Part shown: positions 59,011 to 64,000 of the stretch, piece by piece
Numbering within the stretch: position 1 is the first letter of the stretch
Layout of the letters: the number at the start of each line of letters is the position of its first letter
NCBI GenBank assembly: GCA_000806115.1
Contig: JWKQ01000001.1
Location: 217,784-281,783 of the forward strand
Source of the DNA: an archaeon GW2011_AR5
Lineage (GTDB): Archaea > Aenigmatarchaeota > Aenigmatarchaeia > GW2011-AR5
Direction: 5' to 3'
DNA: 64,000 nt
Program-made: the position numbers and the translations under genes
The notes under the pieces: model-generated
Database searches by the model: none
What the model saw: only the letters and a program-made list of their open reading frames with translations
Told to the model about the DNA's origin: nothing

Positions 59011-59400
59011 ATGGCAAAGATTTACAAATTCCGGGGCAAGACGCAGGAAGAACTCGAAGCGATGAGCCTTGAGGAGTTCTCCGGGCTGCTCAAATCAAGG
59101 CAGCGAAGGGCGCTGAGGAGAGGGCTTCCGAAGCAGCAGAAGAAGCTCCTTGAAAAGATAAGGAAGCAGAAAGGCAAGGACAAGCTGATCAGGACGCACT
59201 CGCGGGAAATGATAATACTTCCGGAGATGGTAGGCGCCAAGCTCGGGATTCACAACGGAAGGGAATTCGTCATGGTTGTAATAGACTCAAGCATGCTGGG
59301 ACACAGGCTCGGCGAGTTCAGCCAGACAAGGAAGAAGGTGCAGCACAGCGCACCCGGACTGGGAGCAACACGCTCGTCCAAGTTCGTGCCGCTGAAGTAA
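59011..59400 (+). CDS. rps19: 30S ribosomal protein S19 (uS19)
   Basis: Features: [24 protein letters not shown] and [12 protein letters not shown]. Confidence 0.95.
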   Translation: MAKIYKFRGKTQEELEAMSLEEFSGLLKSRQRRALRRGLPKQQKKLLEKIRKQKGKDKLIRTHSREMIILPEMVGAKLGIHNGREFVMVVIDSSMLGHRLGEFSQTRKKVQHSAPGLGATRSSKFVPLK

Positions 59401-59406
59401 GTGAGC

Positions 59407-59425
59407 TTTTCTTTGGAAAAGAAAA
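59407..59425 (+). terminator. conserved T-rich hairpin 6 nt after the rps19 stop
   Basis: TTTTCTTT 59407-59414 pairs with AAAGAAAA 59418-59425 around the loop GGA. Confidence 0.45.
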
Positions 59426-59466
59426 TCTCAATCAAAAGAAACATAATAATATGATGGTGGAATAAG

Positions 59467-60060
59467 ATGACAACAAAGCAAAAAACAAGCCCGGGGCAGA
59501 CTTTCGTGCCTGGACATAACTATGCAAGGGCTTTCGGCACAAGCATGAGGATATCGCAGAAGTCCGCCTCGATCGTGTGCAAGGCAATAAAGAACAAGCC
59601 GCTCACGCGCGCGAAGCGCCTGCTGGAAGACCTCAAGGCGGAAAGGCGTACGCTGGGCGGGAAATATTATTCCAAGGCTGTAAAGAACATGCTCATGCTG
59701 CTCAACAGCTGCGAGAAGAACGCGGAGTTCAAAGGACTTGACGCCGACAGGCTTTTCGTCCACGCGTCGGCGCACAAGGGCGCCAACGTTCGAAGGCGCA
59801 GGAGAAAGGGCGCGTTCGGCTCGACCATGAAGAACACCAACATGGAGATACTGCTCATAGAGCGCGGGAAGGAGCGCAAGGACAAGGTTTCGAAGAAGAA
59901 AGTGAAGGAACAGATGACAAAGAAGCCGACGGCTGCCGAGCAGGAAATCCGCGCGGAGAAGGAAGAAACAAAGAGGGAACTTGAGAGGCTGAAGGAAGAA
60001 CAGAAAGAGCTGCTGAAGGATGTGGAAGAGGCTGAAATGAAATCGGCTGCAAAAGAGTGA
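59467..60060 (+). CDS. rpl22: 50S ribosomal protein L22 (uL22) with a Lys/Glu-rich C-terminal extension
   Basis: ARAFGTSMRISQKSASIVCKAIKNKPLTRAKRLLEDL. The tail is KKKVKEQMTKKPTAAEQEIRAEKEETKRELERLKEEQKELLKD. Confidence 0.9.
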   Translation: MTTKQKTSPGQTFVPGHNYARAFGTSMRISQKSASIVCKAIKNKPLTRAKRLLEDLKAERRTLGGKYYSKAVKNMLMLLNSCEKNAEFKGLDADRLFVHASAHKGANVRRRRRKGAFGSTMKNTNMEILLIERGKERKDKVSKKKVKEQMTKKPTAAEQEIRAEKEETKRELERLKEEQKELLKDVEEAEMKSAAKE

Positions 60061-60065
60061 TAATC

Positions 60066-60770
60066 ATGAAAGAAAGACTTTTCATAGCAAAATCGAAGGA
60101 ACACGTCAAGCTTGAGGAATTCGTAAGAAAGCAGTTTGCCCAGGCGAAGTGCGGTTCCATTGAGGTGCAGTACACGCCCGTCGTGACGAGGATAATACTC
60201 CACACCACCACGCCCGGGCTCATAATCGGCAGCGGCGGGGAACGAATAAAGGAGACGGTCGAACTCATCAAGAAGGAGTTCAAGATAGACAATCCCCAGA
60301 TTGACGTGCAGAGAATAGAGGACCCGGACATCGACCCGATAATAATCGCGCAAACCCTCGCGGCGTCAATAGAGAGCGGGGTGAACTTCAAGAAGCTCGG
60401 GAACTTCTACCTCCAGCGCATAATGGAAGCGGGCGCAATCGGCTGCGAGATAGTGCTTTCAGGAAAGATCAGCGGGCAGCGCGGAAGGCGGGAAAGATTC
60501 GTAGCAGGATACCTGAAGAAGTGCGGCGAGCCGGCAAAGCGCGATGTGCTGAAGGGCTTCGCGGTGGCAAACCCAAAGCTCGGGAACATAGGAATAACGG
60601 TGAAAATCATGCTGAAGAGGACGGAACTTTCGATGAACATAAAAAAGCCCGAAGCTCCCAAGGAAGAGCCGAAGGCTGAGAAGGAAGCGCCTCCGAAAGA
60701 ACCTTCAAAAGAAGAGCCTGCCACAGAGCAGACAGAACAGATAGTGAACGAAGAGGGAACAGAGGAATAA
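60066..60770 (+). CDS. rps3: 30S ribosomal protein S3 (uS3)
   Basis: MKERLFIAKSKEHVKLEEFVRKQF...PGLIIGSGGERIKE contains the KH domain. The ATG at 60066 follows GTGATAATC. Confidence 0.93.
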   Translation: MKERLFIAKSKEHVKLEEFVRKQFAQAKCGSIEVQYTPVVTRIILHTTTPGLIIGSGGERIKETVELIKKEFKIDNPQIDVQRIEDPDIDPIIIAQTLAASIESGVNFKKLGNFYLQRIMEAGAIGCEIVLSGKISGQRGRRERFVAGYLKKCGEPAKRDVLKGFAVANPKLGNIGITVKIMLKRTELSMNIKKPEAPKEEPKAEKEAPPKEPSKEEPATEQTEQIVNEEGTEE

Positions 60771-60772
60771 TC

Positions 60773-60979
60773 ATGGCGATACTCAAGGCAAAGAAGATCC
60801 GGGAAATGAACGAGAAGGACATAGCGGAAAAAATGAAGGAGCTCCACCTGGAACTGTCAAAGGAAATGGCGTCCAGTGAGATAGGAAGCTCGGTGAAAAA
60901 CCCGGGAAGAATCCATGAGATAAAGAGAACGATTGCAAGGATAAAGACGATTGAAGGAAAAAAAGCGGTTAAACAATAA
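60773..60979 (+). CDS. rpl29: 50S ribosomal protein L29 (uL29)
   Basis: MAILKAKKIREMNEKDIAEKMKELHLELSKE...IKRTIARIKTI. Confidence 0.9.
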   Translation: MAILKAKKIREMNEKDIAEKMKELHLELSKEMASSEIGSSVKNPGRIHEIKRTIARIKTIEGKKAVKQ

Positions 60980-60987
60980 TGAGGTGA

Positions 60988-61299
60988 TTGAAGATAGCAG
61001 TTTGTCCCAAATGCGGATTGCCAATGGAACTGTGCGTATGCCAGACCATAGCAAAGGAGGCGCAGAAGATACGCGTCGAGATGGTACAGAAGCGCTATGG
61101 AAAGAGCATGACGATCATCAGGGGAATAGACACGGGCAAGATTGATGTCAGGGACCTGATGAAGAAGCTGAAGTCGAAGCTGGCTTGCGGCGGAACGTAC
61201 AAGAACAACGAAATAGAGCTCCAGGGCGATCACCGCGACCAGGTCAGGGAGATACTCGTGAAGGAAGGATTCCCGAGGGACATAATAGAGGTTTCGTAA
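60988..61299 (+). CDS. sui1: translation initiation factor aSUI1 (eIF1 homolog), apparent TTG start
   Basis: KIAVCPKCGLPMELCVCQTIAKEAQKIRVEMVQKRYGKSMTIIRGID...ACGGT. The frame opens immediately after a TGA at 60985-60987, so TTG 60988 is the first possible start. Confidence 0.88.
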   Translation: MKIAVCPKCGLPMELCVCQTIAKEAQKIRVEMVQKRYGKSMTIIRGIDTGKIDVRDLMKKLKSKLACGGTYKNNEIELQGDHRDQVREILVKEGFPRDIIEVS

Positions 61300-61563
61300 A
61301 TGAGGAACGCCGGCAACATACTCCGCCACGAGCTGATAGGGCTGAGATGCAAAGTGGTAAAGTCGAAGAACGCCACCCAGGCGGGCATTGAAGGAAAGAT
61401 CGTTGACGAGACCATGAAAACTGTTATAATTGACGGCAAAAGGGTCCAGAAGAAGGGCAGCGTATTCAGCGTGGCGCTTGGCGCGAAGCGCGTCGAGATT
61501 GACGGGAATTACCTGCTATCGCGCCCCGAGGACCGGATAAAGAAGAAGATATCAAAATGGTAA
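61300..61563 (+). CDS. rnp1: RNase P protein component 1 (Rpp29/Pop4 homolog)
   Basis: The call rests on LRHELIGLRCKVVKSKNATQAGIEGKIVDETMKTVII and on the conserved position between sui1 and rps17. Confidence 0.85.
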   Translation: MRNAGNILRHELIGLRCKVVKSKNATQAGIEGKIVDETMKTVIIDGKRVQKKGSVFSVALGAKRVEIDGNYLLSRPEDRIKKKISKW

Positions 61564-61573
61564 AGTGATGATA

Positions 61574-61909
61574 ATGGCAAAGAAAAAGAAAACAATCGGA
61601 ATCGAGGCGAAGCAGCCGAAGGAAGACTGCGGCAGCGGGAAGTGCCCGTGGCACGGACACACGAAGATACGCGGCAGAGTGTTTATCGGCAAGGTCGTGT
61701 CCTCAAAAGCTGCGAACACCGCCATCGTTCAGTGGGACTACTACACGCTGGTGCCGAAGTACGAGCGGTACGAGAGGAGAAAGACGAGGATAGCCGCGCA
61801 CAACCCGAAATGCATCTCGGCAAAAACCGGCGACATGGTGCGCATAGGGGAATGCCGCCCGCTGTCTAAGTCAAAAGCGTTTGTAATATTTGAGAAGGTG
61901 ACTGAGTAA
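61574..61909 (+). CDS. rps17: 30S ribosomal protein S17 (uS17)
   Basis: Features: CPWHGHTKIRGRVFIGKVVSSK and GDMVRIGECRPLSKSKAFV. The ATG at 61574 follows GTGATGATA. Confidence 0.92.
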   Translation: MAKKKKTIGIEAKQPKEDCGSGKCPWHGHTKIRGRVFIGKVVSSKAANTAIVQWDYYTLVPKYERYERRKTRIAAHNPKCISAKTGDMVRIGECRPLSKSKAFVIFEKVTE

Positions 61910-62094
61910 TGGCAATATGCAGATACGTTGGAAAATTTGCCGGAGACGGAACAAGGGTTACAAGAAGAGAACTGAGAAGAGCGTACCAAAGGCATGAAGA
62001 GTACCTAAGAATGCTATACGGAAACGACATTGGAAACATAAACCAGCCCAAACCCAGAAGTTCCTATCCGCGACACGAAACTCAGAGGCAGTGA
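61909..62094 (+). CDS. 61 aa basic unknown protein inserted between rps17 and rpl14
   Basis: MAICRYVGKFAGDGTRVTRRELRRAYQRHEEYLRMLYGNDIGNINQPKPRSSYPRHETQRQ. Its ATG overlaps the rps17 TAA (TAATG). It ends in the CAGTGATAATCATG junction before rpl14. Confidence 0.5.
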   Translation: MAICRYVGKFAGDGTRVTRRELRRAYQRHEEYLRMLYGNDIGNINQPKPRSSYPRHETQRQ

Positions 62095-62099
62095 TAATC

Positions 62100-62501
62100 A
62101 TGAAAGGATTAACTTCAAAGATGACGAGGCCGCTTCCGCTGGGAGCCAGGCTTGTTTGCGCCGACAATTCGGGCGCGAAGGAGCTTGCAATCATAGCCGT
62201 GAAAGGCTATCACGGACGCATCAGGAGACTGCCCCGCGCCGGAGTCGGCGACGTCGTTATCTGCTCGGTGAAAAAAGGGAAGGAAAAGGTCAGGCATACC
62301 GTCGTGCATGCCGTGATCGTCCGCCAGAAGAAAGAGTACATGAGATACGACGGCACGCGCGTGAAGTTCAGCGACAACGCGGCAGTGGTGGTCAACCCGA
62401 AGACGTACGAGCCGACCGGTACTGAGGTGCGGAGCGTTATCGCTAAGGAAGTCGTGGAAAGATTCACGGTAATAGGAAAAATCGCAAGCATGGTGTTGTA
62501 A
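62100..62501 (+). CDS. rpl14: 50S ribosomal protein L14 (uL14)
   Basis: LPLGARLVCADNSGAKELAIIAVKGYHGR...AVVVN. Confidence 0.95.
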   Translation: MKGLTSKMTRPLPLGARLVCADNSGAKELAIIAVKGYHGRIRRLPRAGVGDVVICSVKKGKEKVRHTVVHAVIVRQKKEYMRYDGTRVKFSDNAAVVVNPKTYEPTGTEVRSVIAKEVVERFTVIGKIASMVL

Positions 62502-62503
62502 TT

Positions 62504-62929
62504 ATGAAAGAATTTTCAGTAAAATGGATCTCGAGCAAGCAGCCCAGGAAGCAGAGAAAATACCGTTATAACGCTCCGATGCACGTCAGGCAGCGGCTCG
62601 TGAGCGCGCATCTCGAGAAAATGCTCCGCAAAGAATACGGCAAGAGGTCGCTTACCGTGAGGAAGGGCGACGAAGTCAGGATAATGACCGGGCAGTTCCG
62701 CGGCACGCGCGGCAAAGTATCGCGCGTGGACATGAAGGCGCTGAAGGTTTACGTCGAGAACGCAAAGATGAAGAAGGTCTCCGGGCAGGAAGTGGAAGTT
62801 GCAATAGACCCGAGCAACATAATGATAACAAAGCTGAACTTCGACGACAAGAGAAGAAGGAAGTTCATAATCAGGAAAGGCAAGAAGCAGGAAACGAAAG
62901 AAACCGGAGGAAAGGCAAAGGGAAAATAA
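62504..62929 (+). CDS. rpl24: 50S ribosomal protein L24 (uL24)
   Basis: Features: SKQPRKQRKYRYNAPMHVRQRL and VRKGDEVRIMTGQFRGTRGKV. Confidence 0.92.
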   Translation: MKEFSVKWISSKQPRKQRKYRYNAPMHVRQRLVSAHLEKMLRKEYGKRSLTVRKGDEVRIMTGQFRGTRGKVSRVDMKALKVYVENAKMKKVSGQEVEVAIDPSNIMITKLNFDDKRRRKFIIRKGKKQETKETGGKAKGK

Positions 62930-62941
62930 TATCCGAAACCG

Positions 62942-63005
62942 AAGGTTGAGTCAAACCCTTCTTTGGGGTAAGACCTAGACCTTTCTTCGGAAGAAAGGGA
63001 TTGGT
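62942..63005 (+). ncRNA. structured intercistronic element, copy 2 (rpl24/rps4e junction)
   Basis: Hairpin A is ACCC 62955-62958 with GGGT 62966-62969. Hairpin B is CCTTTCTT 62980-62987 with AAGAAAGG 62991-62998. It ends in GGGATTGGT directly before ATG 63006. Confidence 0.5.
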
Positions 63006-63683
63006 ATGGCAGTAACAAAAAGATACAACGCACCGAAATTCTGGGCAGTGAAGACGAAGGAAAAGAAATACGTAGTCACGCCGGCATCGGGCCCGCACAG
63101 CAAGTTCGAGTGCATACCTCTCGGCATAACTCTGAGGGACATACTCGGGCACGCGAGGACGATGAACGAGTCCAGGAGCATACTGCTCTCTGGCACCGTT
63201 AAGGTTAACAACATTGTCAGGAAAGAACACAACTTCCCGGTCGGACTAATGGACACGCTTGACATTGGCGGGGACTTTTACAGGGTGGTGCCATCAAAGA
63301 AGGGGCTCATGATACTCAAGATTGACGGCGACGCGGACATCAAGCTCGCGAAAATCGACAACAAAACTTCGGTGAGCGGTGGCAAAACCCAGCTCAACTT
63401 CCACGACGGAACCAACATGCTTGTGGAGAAGGGCGACTACAAGACTTCGGACGTCGTCGCAATAGACACCCGCCACAGCAAAATCACGGAGACAATAAAG
63501 TTCGAGAAGGGCAGCTTCGCCGTGGTAACGGGCGGCAACAACACGGGCTTCAAGGGAACAATAGAGTTCATTGACAGAGTCCTCAAGACTGTCGTGATGG
63601 CAGCCGGCGACACCAAGCTTCTGGTCCCGATAAGGTACGTGTTCGTTGTTGGAAAAACGTCGCCTCTTGTAAACATCGGATGA
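63006..63683 (+). CDS. rps4e: 30S ribosomal protein S4e (eS4)
   Basis: MAVTKRYNAPKFWAVKTKEKKYVVTPASGPHSKFECIPLGITLRDIL. Confidence 0.93.
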   Translation: MAVTKRYNAPKFWAVKTKEKKYVVTPASGPHSKFECIPLGITLRDILGHARTMNESRSILLSGTVKVNNIVRKEHNFPVGLMDTLDIGGDFYRVVPSKKGLMILKIDGDADIKLAKIDNKTSVSGGKTQLNFHDGTNMLVEKGDYKTSDVVAIDTRHSKITETIKFEKGSFAVVTGGNNTGFKGTIEFIDRVLKTVVMAAGDTKLLVPIRYVFVVGKTSPLVNIG

Positions 63684-63740
63684 ACTTTGCAGCAGAAAAA
63701 TAATGAAAGGTGAAACAAAAACGGAAAATAAGGGATTGAT

Positions 63741-64000
63741 ATGGGAATGAGAGACATCAGGATTGAAAAGGTAACACTGAACATAGGATGCGGGACGAAG
63801 ACCCCGCTGGAAACTGCGAAGACAGTCCTAAAGAACGTTTCCGGCGGAAAGGTCGTGCTTACCAAGACGAAGAAGCGAAGCACGTTCAACGTCCCCAAGA
63901 ACAAGGCAATCGGCTGCAAGATCACGCTCAGGAAGAACACGGAAAGCTTCCTGAAGAGGCTGTTCGAAGCCAAGGAGAACAGGCTCCGCGCGACGAACTT
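63741..64000 (+). CDS. rpl5: 50S ribosomal protein L5 (uL5), 5' part (runs off the window)
   Basis: Hand translation gives MGMRDIRIEKVTLNIGCGTKTPLETAKTVLKNVSGGKVVLTKTKKRSTFNVPKNKAIGCKITLRK.... It is absent from the ORF track because there is no stop inside the window. Confidence 0.85.
   Translation, partial: MGMRDIRIEKVTLNIGCGTKTPLETAKTVLKNVSGGKVVLTKTKKRSTFNVPKNKAIGCKITLRKNTESFLKRLFEAKENRLRATN

Noticed and set aside
60607-61329. Minus-strand ORFs of 240, 228 and 178 aa across the ribosomal protein operon (60607..61329, 59667..60353 and 59855..60391).
   Set aside because: They are antisense to unambiguous uS3, uL29, aSUI1 and uL22 genes. They are shadow ORFs.

Overview
This window is an archaeal chromosomal segment. 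The evidence is aRF1 with NIKS and GGQ motifs, eL37, an Sm-like protein, eS8, eS4, aSUI1, the RNase P protein Rpp29, an archaeal-order uL3-uL4-uL23-uL2-uS19-uL22-uS3-uL29 ... uL5 cluster, and intron-containing tRNAs. Multi-intron tRNAs, very large cysteine-rich secreted proteins and small-genome style operon packing suggest a DPANN-like lineage, but that is inference only.

Housekeeping content:
- trpS, metG and valS
- prf1, pcm, tatD and nadK
- a cmk fusion, a LemA/TPM pair and a DNA alkylation-repair protein
- four tRNAs
- about 8 kb of the ribosomal protein superoperon at the 3' end

Accessory content, and the most interesting items:
1. Positions 9910-26105 hold a roughly 16 kb locus of two convergent operons in which every product looks secreted or membrane-anchored. 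It combines two giant Cys-rich surface proteins (1114 and 1656 aa) with enzymes that look peptidoglycan-directed: two paralogous multidomain proteins with lytic-transglycosylase-like motifs, one also with papain-like and LysM-like parts; a Tat-signal phosphodiester glycosidase; and a YkuD-like protein that seems to lack the catalytic His and Cys.
2. Positions 32586-39066 hold a tandemly duplicated two-gene cassette. Each copy is a roughly 1000 aa Cys-module protein followed by a 61 aa lipobox microprotein ending in GGG.
3. A structured repeat of about 95 nt occurs in 4-5 copies and shows compensatory base changes.
4. A structured intercistronic element with covariation occurs twice inside the ribosomal protein operon, and two unannotated small ORFs are inserted in that operon.
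5. Three of the four tRNAs carry two introns each.
6. An AT-rich islet at 26106-28500 carries hicBA and mini zinc-ribbon genes next to tRNA-Lys.

No CRISPR array, integrase, transposase or reverse transcriptase was seen. All domain calls come from motif recognition by eye and need HMM or structure confirmation.
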